Positions 24,001-35,150 of a stretch of 64,000 nucleotides of DNA are shown here, one piece after another. Position 1 is the stretch's first letter. The number at the start of each line of letters is the position of its first letter. Source of the stretch: Felis catus (Eukaryota); contig NC_058368.1 in NCBI RefSeq assembly GCF_018350175.1, forward strand, positions 207,516,001-207,580,000. Direction: 5' to 3'. Below the pieces are notes generated by a model, which saw only the letters and a program-made list of their open reading frames with translations, ran no database searches and was not told where the DNA came from. The position numbers were made by a program, and so were the translations under genes.

Positions 24001-27000
24001 TTCTTCTGTCGGTTGCCTTTTAGTTTTGCTGATTGTTTCCTTTGCTGTGCAGAAGCTTTTTATTTTGATGAGGTCCCAGTAGTTCATTTTTGCTTTTGTT
24101 TCCCTTGCCTCCAGAGATGTGTTGGGTAAGAAGTTGCTGCAGGCGAGGTCAAAGAGGTTTTTGCCGGCTTTCTCCTCGAGGATTTTGATGGCTTCCTGTC
24201 TTACATTGAGGTCTTTCATCCGTTTTGAGTTTATTTTTCTGTTTGGTGTAAGAAAGTGGTCCAGGTTCATTCTTCTGCATGTCGCTGTCCAGTTTTCCCA
24301 GCACCACGTGCTGAAGAGACTGTCTTTATTCCATTGCATATTCTTTCCTGTTTTGTCAAAGATGAGCTGGCCATACATTTGTGGGTCCATTTCTGGGTTT
24401 TCTATTCTGTTCCATTGATCTGAGTGTCTATTCTTGTGCCAGTACCATACTGTCTTGATGGTTACAGCTTTGTAGTATAGCTTGAAGTCTGGGATTGTGA
24501 TGCCTCCTGCTTTGGTTTTCTTTTTCAAGATCGCTTTGCTATTCAGGGTCTTTTCTGGTTCCATACAAATTTTAGGATTTTTGTTCTAGCTCTGTGAAGA
24601 ATGCTGGTGTTATTTTGATAGGGATTGCATTGAATATGTAGATTGCTTTGGGTAGTATCAACATTTTTAACAATATTTGTTCTTCCTATCCAGGAGCATG
24701 GAATCTTTTTCCATTTTTTTGTGTCTTCTTCAATTTCTTTCATAAGCTTTCTGTAGTTTTCAGTGTATAGATTTTTCACCTCTTTGGTCAGATTTATTTC
24801 TGGTATTTTATGGGTCTTTTTGTGCAACTGTAAATGGGATTGATTCCTTGATTTCTCTTTCTGTCGATTCATTGTTGGTATATAGGAATGCAACCGATTT
24901 CTGTGCGTTGATCTTATATCCTGCAACTTTGTTGAATTCATGAATTAATTCTAGCAGTTTTTTGGTGGAATCTTTTGGGTTTTCCATATAGAGTATCATG
25001 TCATCTGCAAAGAGTGAAAGTTGGACCTCCTCCTGGCCAATTTGGATGCTTTTTATTTCTTTGTGTTGTCTGATTGCAGAGGCTAAGTTTCCAATACTAT
25101 GTTGAATAACAGTGGCAAGAGTGGACATCCCTGTCTTGTTCCTGACCTTAGGGGAAAATCTCTCAATTTTTCCCCATTGAGGATGATATTAGTGTTAGGC
25201 CATTCATATATGGCTTTTATGATCTTGAGGTATGCTCCTTCTATCCCTACTTTCTTGAGGATTTTTATCAAGAAAGGATGTTGTATTTTGTCAAATGTTT
25301 TCTCTGCATCTATTGAGAGGATCTTATGGTTCTTGTCCTTTCTTTTATTGATGTGATGAATCATGTTAATTGTTTTGTAGATATTGAACCAGCCCTGCAT
25401 CCCAGGTATAAATCCCACTTGGTCATGGTGAATAATTTTTTTAATGTATTGTTGGAGCCAGTTGGCTAATATCTTGTTGAGAAGTTTTGCATCCATGTTC
25501 ATCAGGGAAATTGGTCTATAGTTCTCCTTTTTAGTGGTGTCTCTGTCTGGTTTTGGAATCAAGGTAATGCTGGCTTCATAGAAAGAGTTTGGAAGTTTTC
25601 CTTCCATTTATATTTTTTGGAACAGCTTCAAGAGAATAGGTGTTAACTCTTCCTTAAATGTTTGGTAGAATTCCCCTGGAAAGCCACCTGGCCCTGAACT
25701 CTTGTTTTTTGGCAGATTTTTGATTAATAATTCAATTTCCTTCCTGGTTATGGGTCTGTTCAAATTTTCTATGTCTTCCTGTTTCAGTTTTGGTAGTGTA
25801 TATGTTTCTAGGAATTTGTCCTTTTCTTCCAGATTGCCCATTTTATTGGCATATAATTGCTCATAATATTCTCTTATTATTGTTTTTATTTCTGCTGTGT
25901 TGGTTGTGATCTCTCCTCTTTCATTCTTGATTTTATTTATTTGGGTCCTTTCCTTTTTGTTTTTGATCAAACTGGCTAGTGGTTTATCAATTTTGTTAAT
26001 TCTTTCAAAGAACCAGCTTCTGGTTTCATTGATCTGTTCTACTGGGTTTTTTTGGTTTTGATAGCATTAATTTCTGCTCTAGTTTTGTTATTTCCTGTCT
26101 TCTGCTGGGTTTGAGTTTTACTTGCTGTTCTTTTTCCAGCTCCTTAAGGCATAAGGTTAGGTTGTGTATCTGAGGTCTTTCTTCCTTCTTTAGGAAGGCC
26201 TGGATTGCTATATACTTTCCTCTTATGACTGCCTTTGCTGTGTCCCAGAGGTTTGGGTTGTGGTATTATCATTTTCATTGACTTCCATATACTTTTTAAT
26301 TTCCTCTTTAATTTCTTGGTTAGCCCATTCATTCTTTAGTAGGATGTTCTTCAGCCTGCAAGTATTTGTTACCTTTCCAAATTTTTTATTGTGGTTGATT
26401 CCGAGTTTCATAACGTTGTGGTCTGAAAATATGCACGGTATGATCTCGATCTTTTTGTACTTACTTAGGGCTGATTTGTGTCCCAGTATATGGTCTATTC
26501 TGGAGAACGTTCCATGTACACTGGAGAATGTATATTCTGCTGCTTTAGGATGAAATGTTCTGAATATGTCTGTTAAGGCCATCTGGTCCAGTGTGTCATT
26601 TAAAGCCATTGTTTCCTTGTTGATTTTTTTCATTAGATGATCTATCCATTGCTGTGAGTGGGGTGTTGAAGTCTCCTACTATTATGGTCTTACTATCGAT
26701 GAGTTTCTTTATGTTTGTAATTAATTGATTTATATGTTTGGGTGCTCTCACATTTGGCACATAAATGTTTAGAATTCTTAGGTCTTCTTGGTGGAAAGAC
26801 CCCTTGATTATGATATAATACCCTTCTGCATCTCTTGATACAGTCTTTATTTTAAATTCTAGATTGTCTGATATAAGTATGGCTACTCCCGCTTTCTTTT
26901 GTTGGCCATTAGCATGATACCTGGTTCTCCATCCCCTTATTTGCAATCTGAAGGTGTCTTTAGGTCTAAAGTGGGTCTCTTGTAAACAGCATATCGATGG

Positions 27001-27102
27001 ATCTTGTTTTCTTATCCATTCTGTTACCCTATGTCTTTTGATTGGAGTATTGAGTCCATTGACATTTAGAGTGAGTACTGAAAGATATGAATTTATTGCC
27101 AT
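24001..27102 (-). pseudogene. L1 ORF2 (endonuclease/reverse transcriptase), frameshifted and C-terminally deleted
   Basis: [18 protein letters not shown] start, [29 protein letters not shown] and LFADDM motifs spread over several broken ORFs. Confidence 0.93.
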
Positions 27103-27169
27103 TGTGATGCTTGTAGAGTTGGAGTTTCTGGTGGTGTTCTCTGGTCCTTTCTAATCTTTGTTGCTTTTA

Positions 27170-27171
<2 letters not shown>

Positions 27172-27215
<44 letters not shown>

Positions 27216-27295
27216 GTATATATATACGTACATACGTACATATATATGTGTATATATGTATATGTATGTGTATATATATGTACATATATATATAT
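27172..27295. repeat. (TA)n/(TATG)n compound microsatellite in the L1 inter-ORF spacer
   Basis: Read directly. Confidence 0.95.
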
Positions 27296-27310
27296 TCATC
27301 TTTTCTCCCC

Positions 27311-28079
27311 TCAGAGAGTCCCCCTTAAAATTTCTTGCAGGGCTGGTTTAGTGGTCACAAACTCCTTTAATTTTTGTTTGTCTGGGAAACTTTTTATCTC
27401 TCCTTCTATTTTGAATGACAGTCTTGCTGGATTAAGAATTCTTGGCTGCATATTTTTCTGATTCAGCACACTGAATATACCCTGCCACTCCTTTCTGGTC
27501 TAGCCTGCCAGGTTTCTGTGGATAGGTCTGCCTTTTGATGTTCAGTTTCTGTTGAATCTAATAGGGGTCCTTTGTGCTCCTGGATTTTGAAGTTTGTGTT
27601 AGGTCAGGAAAGTTTTCTGCTATGATTTGCTCACATAACCCTTCTACCCCTATTTCTCTCTCTTCCTCTTCTGGGACCCCTATGATTCTGATGTTCCTTA
27701 TTAATGAGTCACTGATTTCTCTAATTCTTAAATCGTGCTCTTTTGCTTTAATCTCCCTCTTTTTTTCTGCTTCATTATTCTCTATAAGTTGGTCCTTTAT
27801 ATCGCTGATTCTCCGTTCTGCCTCATCCATCTTTGCCGCCGCTGCATCTACCTGTGATTACAGCTAAGTTATAGCATTTTTTATTTCCTTCTGGCTATTT
27901 TTTACTTCTTTTATCTCTGCAGAAAGGAATTCTAATCTATTTTTGACTCCAGATAGTATTCTTATTATCGTGATTCTTAATTCTGGTTCAGACATCTTGC
28001 TTGTATCTGTGTTGGTTAAATCCCTGGCTGTTGTTTCTTCGTGCTCTTTCTTTTGGGGTGAATTCCTTCATTTTGTCAT
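27311..28079 (-). pseudogene. L1 ORF1, disrupted
   Basis: ATG ACA AAA TGA (stop at codon 4); NIRIIGVPEEEERE...IIAENFP motif in ORF 27558-27830. Confidence 0.85.
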
Positions 28080-28309
28080 TTTGAAGGGAAAAAAGGAATT
28101 AATGAGGTAGGAAAATTAAGATTTAAAAAAAATTAAAATTAAAAAGAATTAAAATTAAAAAATTAAAAACACACACATACACACAAAAATCAAATAAATG
28201 ATGCTAGATTCTAGGTGTGTTTTGTCTGGGTGTTGAAAGTGGTGTTAGAGATTAGAAAAAAAGGGGGGGAGAAAAAGTAATAAAATTTTAAAAAATTTTT
28301 AAAAGGAAC

Positions 28310-28970
28310 TCATTTGAGAAACTGAAAAATGAATACACTGAAGTAGACTAAAATGAGATGATGGGAATAAAATAGAATTTGAAAAAATATACAAAAAAGT
28401 AAAGAATAAAGTAGCAAAAATTAAAGAAAATTAATAAAAATTAAAAATAAATATGAATATTTTTCTGTATTTAAGAAAAAGAAAAGAAAAGAAAAAGAGA
28501 AAAAAGATTTAAAAAAAGAAAATAAAAGAAATCTTTTGAAAATTTGAAAAAGTGAATACACTGTAGTAGACTCAAATAAAATGATGGAAGTAAATAGAAC
28601 TTGAAAAAATTTACATAAAAGCAAAATATATAGTAAAAATTTAAAGAAAAATATTTTTAATAGAAATTGAAAGTAAAAATGAAGTTTTTCTCTTTCTGCA
28701 TTCAAGAAAAAGAAAAGAAACAAAAAAGAGAAAAAAAAAGAAAGAAATAAAAGGAAATCATTTGAAAATTTGAAAAGTTGAATACACTGAAGTAGACTAA
28801 AACAAAATGATGGAAGTAAAATAGAATTTGAACAAATTTATACAAAAATAAAAAATATAGTAATAAAAATTAAAGAAAAATGTTTTGGATAAAAATTGAA
28901 AATAAAAATGAGTTTTTTCTCTTTCTGTATTCAAGAAAAAGTGAAAAGAGAAAAAAAAAAGAAAATTGAA
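28310..28970. repeat. Three degenerate 223-226 bp A-rich tandem units in the L1 5'UTR
   Basis: Core GAATACACTG(A/T)AGTAGACT at 28331, 28554 and 28780. Confidence 0.85.
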
Positions 28971-30202
28971 TAGATGGACCTGCTAACAGATTGAAGTAGG
29001 ACTAAAATTATTTCATTTTCCCCTAGAAGTCTGTCTATGTAGCACTTTATAGTCCTTAACTAAGCCGGTGGTGAGACTTGTGTTCCTGAGAGCAAAGTCC
29101 GCCCAGTTGGGCGGAGCTCAGTGTATGGCTCCTTTCTCCACTAGATGGCGCTGCTAGCCTACTGGGGTGGATTTTTGTGGTTCTCGTCGGTGCACATGCG
29201 CATGCGCGGGAGCGTGAAAAATGGCGCCACCCAGCCACCCAGTCTGTTCTTCCGGGTCAGCAATCGCGCACTAGTCCCCGGTCTTCAGCTCTCTTCCACT
29301 CTCCGCTTTTCCACTCTCCGTGACCAGGCCCCAGGCAGTACCTCTCTCCCAGGTTTTGTCTCAGATGCGGCTGTTTTCCCCGGCCCCTTACTTGTGAAGG
29401 ACTGCGGCTTTGACCCATTCCGCCCCTCTGCAGGAGGGTCTCACTGAGCAATGGCTGAATATTGGCTGCACCCAGGAACGCTTGCTGGACCCTGCTGCTG
29501 CTGGTGCCCCGAGACTACAGCCACATGCCAGCCCGCCCCAGAAAATGTTTGCGAGAAACTGTAGCAGCAGCATCTCAGGGATTATGGAAAATCACAACAC
29601 ACATCTGGTACCAGGCTTCACCCTTAATGACCTTGTTCCAGCACCAGCGAATGTGGCCATTTTTTAGGGTCTGCTGGGACCAGGTGGCTTCAACAGTCTC
29701 TACCAAGTGTCCTTCCAGCAGTGGAACCGCTTTTCCCCGTGTGGCTTGAGAACCTCCCAGACCCCACTCTGTTCCTGGGGATTCGCCCTTCCCACCAGAG
29801 CACCGCCAGGTATCGAGCTGTGGAGTTGCAGCCTTTGCGCTCCCCTTGTTTACAGTCTTAATGGAATTTAAACCCTCTCCTTTCTCCTTTCTCCCTTTTT
29901 ACTTCAGTCCCTGCGGCTGTTTTGAATTTTCCACTTTCTCTCCAGCTGCTTTTGGGGAGGGGTGCTTTTCCTGTATTCTACCCCCACATCTCCGTCCTCT
30001 CTCCACTCACAAAAGCACCTCCCTTCCTGCACCTTCTCACTCCCCAAGTTCACTTCTCCGTGCTGCGTATCTGTTGAATTCTGTGGTTCACGTTGTGTAG
30101 ATTGCTGTGTTAATCCTCCAGTCAGTTTTCTAGGTGTGTAGGATGGTTTAGTGTTGGTCTAGTTGTATTTCATGGATGTGAGACACAAAAAACTTCCATG
30201 CT

Positions 30203-30420
30203 GGGGCGCCTGGGTGGCTCGGTCGGTTAAGCATCCGACTTCGGCTCAGGTCATGATTTCACGGTCCGTGAGTTCGAGCCCCACATCTGGCTCTGTGCTG
30301 ACCACTCAGAGCCTGGAGCCTGTTTCAGATTCTGTGTCTCCCTCTCTCTCTGCCCCTCCCCTGCTCATGCTCTGTCTCTCTCTGTCTCAAAAATAAATAA
30401 ATGTTAAAAAACAAACAAAC
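30203..30420 (+). mobile_element. Can-SINE nested in the extreme 5' end of the full-length L1
   Basis: TSD AAAAAACTTCCATGCT at 30187-30202 and 30421-30436. Confidence 0.95.
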
Positions 30421-31219
30421 AAAAAACTTCCATGCTGTTCCACCAACTTGGCTCCTCCCAAACATCACCTTTTTTAAACATACTATATACTTAAAGCAGA
30501 ATGCTCTCCAACTTTCTTCTCCCTTAACCAATCCACACCCCCCCCCCCCACCTCCTTCATTCACCTTGTGTGTTTCTACTCCTTCCGGACCAGTGGTTCT
30601 CAACCTAATCCTCACTAGATTTACCTGGTTAGCTTAGGCCAAAACCAAAAACAAAACAGAAGTCCATTTAAGCCAATTAAACCAGAACCTTTGTGGTGGA
30701 TCCTTCCTGGAGCATGATTCTTTTTTCTTTCCTTCTCTCTCACCTTCTCCTCCTCTTCCTCCTCTTTATTCTTCTTTCCTCCCCATCCCTCCTTCCCCTC
30801 CCTATTCTCCCCTTCCTCCTCCTCCTCCTCTTCTTCTTCCCCTTCTCCTTCTATCCTCTGGTTGTTCTAATCTATAGCCGAGGTCATAAACCTTTATTCT
30901 GGACCCAGAACAATTAACATCTCTCCAGTGAAATCCCCAATTTCCCAAGGAATCAGTTCTGTATCTATGCTCCCTGAGCACTTTCCCTTTGCTTTTCCAG
31001 AAATAGTGACATTTAATCTTCCTACACAGGATGAGTATCCCTTTAGTTTGGAAATGTGTCTTATACTTTAAACCCCATTCTATTTCCAGCACCTAGACAT
31101 ATCTGGCACATAATGGTAACAACAGATAATGGGATAAATAAATGGATGGATGGATAGATGGATGGACCCAAAGTTGAAGTCTTATTAATCATTAAGATTT
31201 GATAATTTGCTTTCTCCAG

Positions 31220-31281
31220 GCTTGCCAGCCAAAAGACAAATAAATAAAGCTATTGGCTTCCCTGAGATCATAGGAAAGTAA
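31220..31281 (+). CDS. C9: Complement C9 terminal exon 11, coding part
   Basis: TTTCTCCAG|GCTTGCCAGCC gives (G)LPAKRQINKAIGFPEIIGK*; GLPA matches the human last exon and the following sequence resembles the human C9 3'UTR. Confidence 0.85.
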
Positions 31282-31550
31282 AACCACCAGGACTTTCCAA
31301 TTAAGGATCCTGCCCCTGGAGATAGTTCTTACTGCCAAATGAAAAGCAACATGAACATATTATTGGCCTCTGAAATCTCCTCTCAGATCCACAATGCTTC
31401 TTTTCCTCCTTAAACTCCTATGATGTTTCCATTTTTCATTCCTGGATCAGGAGTCAGCAGTGAACTATGCCTGAACTGCTTTCTCCCACAGGCAATGCCA
31501 ATCTCTTGCTAACAAAACAAAATTAAATTAAAAAGAGAGCGTTGGTTTTT
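31282..31550 (+). other. C9: C9 3'UTR with tandem ATTAAA polyadenylation signals (31522-31532)
   Basis: AATTAAATTAAA about 240 nt after the stop; similar to recalled human 3'UTR; true cleavage site not determinable. Confidence 0.65.
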
Positions 31551-32442
31551 AAAGTAATTGCCAAAGGGCTTTGTATGATTAATATGTTCCACCAGTTCCA
31601 TTACCCTAAGTTCGTAACATGCAATTTCACTCTGGTGTACGTAGTTGCTTCTTGTTGGGTCATTGATTGGTATCTACATGCATTCACTCAGCAAATAACT
31701 TACTGAGTAATTACTGCAGGCATAGCACTCTGCTACTGTTAGTTTTAGCTCTCCAGTTTGGGTTTCTGAGGGGAGAAGTGTATTGTTTTTGTTACCAAAA
31801 ACAATTAAGCGACATCATGTGAAATTGCCTCTTGTTCAGCCATTTTACTTTATTTTACCAAAACAAAACGCACAAAAAACAAATACTCAGCAATTTCATA
31901 TGGCCCAACTTAATACCTAACCTTATGAATTGTATAAGGTAAGGCTGCCCACGTAAGAAAGTGATTAAGGGAACTGACTTTATGATTTTATCCATTATAT
32001 AGTGTGGTCGTTAGGGCCTCAGAGCTTTTGAAAAAGTCTGACATACTCCCTCTCCTAAAAAAATAAAATAAAAAAATACTCAAAATACAAAGGAAAAAGT
32101 AAAATCAAAATTTATAAATATTTAATAAACATAAACAATATGATCATGTCAACTCCATTGTTATTGTTCATAAACATTTCCAGCATTTATAAATAAATTT
32201 GTTAGTTTTTCTTGTTTTGCACAAATTCAGAATGCACATACTTACTGAAAGATCATGGTAAATAAATTATTTATTTGCAAATAATTTCAAAACCAAAACT
32301 TTAAAAAATGATTTTTGAAAAAAATTTTTAAACCACTAAGAAAAAAGGTTATTGGGATATGGGACGCATTTTAATATGCTGGTGTGATATGGAGATAGAG
32401 CTCTAAAAATAGAAGTTCCAGGCCCATGAGAATATGAAAACA

Positions 32443-32678
32443 GGGTGCCTGGGTGTCTCAGTCAGTTAAGCATCAGACTGTTGATTTTGGCTCAGGTCAA
32501 GATCTCACAGCATGTGGATTTGAGCCCTACATAGGGCTCCACACTGACAGCACAGAGCCTGCTTCGGATTCTCTGTCTCTTCCTCTCTCAGTGTCCCTCC
32601 TCTGCTTGTGCTCTCTCTTTCTCTCTCGATAAATAAATAAACTTTTTAAAAAATTAAATTAAAAAAAAATTTTTTAAA
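32443..32678 (+). mobile_element. Can-SINE
   Basis: Head, (CT)n, tail; TSD AGAATATGAAAA. Confidence 0.88.
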
Positions 32679-34114
32679 GAATATGAAAATAGCCATGGGA
32701 GCTCAAAAGAATTCCTGTTCCCTATCCCCAGAATCTAGGTGAATCAGAAAGAATTAGGATTTGTACAATGCATGCAAATACTGAACTCAGCTGTTAGATA
32801 ATTCACTGTTGAGAGGATTTCTGCTGCAGAGAATCTGGATTAAGTGGAATTATCATAGTAACTACTGAGAATTCCTTGCACTCTTGTGAATTATAAATGT
32901 CAAACAACAAATGAGCTGAGCCCCAACCAGACTCCCTAGGGTCAGCTTAATGATTTGTCAGAGCCCCTTCTATTGGAAATGGTTGGGGGCGGGGGAGAGC
33001 AGGTTCCCTGTAGATCCTGAGATCCTCCAACTTCCCTTCAAAGGTGACTTATCTGGTAAAGCATTTCCAGCAGGGTGCACCATTGAGACACCAGAAACTA
33101 CCCAATAGGCATCAGCTCCTAGAAGAAAGTCTCTAGACTTAACTGGGGAAGAATCACCAGAAACTGGGAGAGATAGGGACCTCAGGCAGCCAGGCAGGCC
33201 TTACTTGGCTCAGCCTGGATTGTGATTGTGAGAAAGCGGACTCCTGAGAAGGAAAGGCAGAGCTTGGTCCAGGCACACGTGGGGCATAGTATCACCTGAT
33301 TCAGGCAGACTGAGCATGGTATATCCCCACCCCCACGTGTTTACTGAGGGAGCACTCCAAAATTCAAGGAAAGGAACGCAGCGGGGAAACAGCCCTCTGA
33401 AGCTCAGGCCATACATTCTGATTATTACCTTGAACTCCAGCCATTATCAAGAGGACTGGATGGGCACTCATATTCCCTTGGGCCTAATGGGAAAAGAAGC
33501 TTCAGAGAATCACTACGTTTTTACACTTACCCCTTTTTATACTCAAAATTCAGGTAGCTTATTCATTCTACTGATCACCTGGTAGGCAGCAACATATACC
33601 TGCCAACTAATAAGTGTTTGAGGTGTGGGTCAACATCCTTACCCTGGCTTTACACCACTGTCTCTCCAGGGCTCCCCTTGAATGGCTCCCCTTAGGTTTA
33701 TTTTAAAGGAAATGAAAGTATTCTCTCTTAGTCACACACAGGCACACATATATAAGGAATTCACAAACATCTATCTCTCTGCTCATCCCCAGCCCCCCAA
33801 CCTCTCCATCCACACCTCATGCTCATTACCCACTACCATGCTAAGAGCAGGGAAATGGTTCAAGAGAAGGGAGTGGTGTGGCTTTTTAACAAGAGACAAG
33901 TTACTAAACCTCCAAACCCAAGATATGCCCAGGGGTGATAATATTCCCTTCATAGGATTTTTGGGTTAATTTATTGAGGTAATGCATATAATGACCTTTG
34001 CCCTTTATAGACAAACAATAAACAGTAGCTGTTGCTATTGTTATCATGCAAGGCTATTGATACAAATCCTTCTGACTGTGACTCTAACTTATGATATTTA
34101 AAAAGCCAAGAAGA

Positions 34115-34329
34115 GGGGTGCCTGGGTGGCGCAGTCGGTTAAGCCTCCGACTTCAGCCAGGTCACGATCTCGCAGTCCGTGAGTTCGAGCCCCGCGTCGG
34201 GCTCTGGGCTGATGGCTCAGAGCCTGGAGCCTGTTTCCGATTCTGTGTCTCCCTCTCTCTCTGCCCCTCCCCGGTTCATGCTCTGTCTCTCTCTGTCCCA
34301 AAAATAAATAAACGTTGAAAAAAAAAAAA
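34115..34329 (+). mobile_element. Young felid SINE
   Basis: CpG-rich body; TSD AAAAAGCCAAGAAGA. Confidence 0.95.
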
Positions 34330-34434
34330 GCCAAGAAGATTAAATCTGAAAACTAAGAATAAGGTTTTATGGCAGAATGGCTTAGTACTCGCCTCTAAAT
34401 AATTAGTGGGCTCGGTGATTTTTTTTTTTAGAGG

Positions 34435-34925
34435 AGTTATTTTTTTTATTGTGACATAATACACAACATAAAAGTTACCATTTTAACCATTTTTAAATGT
34501 ACAGTTCAGTGGTGTTAAGTATATTTACATTGTTGTGCAAACACCACCACTATCCATCTGCAGAATTTTTCATCATACCACACTGAAATTCTGCACCTAG
34601 TAAACAGTAATTCTCCATTCCCTTCCTTCTCTGCCCTGATAACCACTGTTATCCTTTGTCTTTGAATTTGACTATTTCGGGCTCCTTATAGAGGTGGAAT
34701 CAGAACATTTGTTCTTTTGCATCTATTTCACTTAGTGAATATCTTCCAGCATATTGTTCTTTATTGTTCTAGGACCCTATGGTTTTATGTTTATTATTCT
34801 TCTAGGACCTTATGGTTTTATGTTTAGGTCTTTGATCCATTTTGAGTTAACTTTTTATATGGTATAAGGTAAGGTTCCAGCTTCATTCTTTTGCTTTTTG
34901 GTTTTCTAGTTTTCCCAGTATTTAT
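34435..34925 (-). mobile_element. Ancient L1MB-type fragments
   Basis: ACCATTTTAACCATTTTTAAATGTACAGTTCAGTGG and TTTAGGTCTTTGATCCATTTTGAG phrases. Confidence 0.7.
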
Positions 34926-34936
34926 TGATCAGTGAT

Positions 34937-35150
34937 TTTTTTTTTTTCAACGTCTATTTATTTTTGGGACAGAGAGAGACAGAGCATGAACGGGGGAGGG
35001 GCAGAGAGAGAGGGAGACACAGAATCGGAAACAGGCTCCAGGCTCTGAGCCATCAGCCCAGAGCCCGACGCGGGGCTGGAACTCACGGACCGCGAGATCG
35101 TGACCTGGCTGAAGTCGGACGCTTAACCGACTGCGCCACCCAGGCGCCCC
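34937..35150 (-). mobile_element. Young felid SINE
   Basis: CpG-rich body; TSD GATCAGTGAT. Confidence 0.95.

Larger units (their letters stand above)
23856..30459 (-). mobile_element. Full-length inactivated L1 in C9 intron 10 (5'UTR, ORF1, ORF2, 3'UTR)
   Basis: 5' end GGGAGGAGCCAAG at 30459; TSD AAACATCACCTTTTTT at 23840-23855 and 30460-30475; endonuclease, RT and C-terminal fragments in the ORF track. Confidence 0.96.

Noticed and set aside
28310..28970. Regularly spaced conserved core resembling a CRISPR-like array
   Set aside because: Mammalian DNA; the intervening parts are themselves similar, and it lies inside an L1 5'UTR.
23856..30459. Active autonomous L1 or novel reverse-transcriptase system
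   Set aside because: Ordinary L1 with a stop at ORF1 codon 4, several ORF2 frameshifts and loss of the C-terminal domain.
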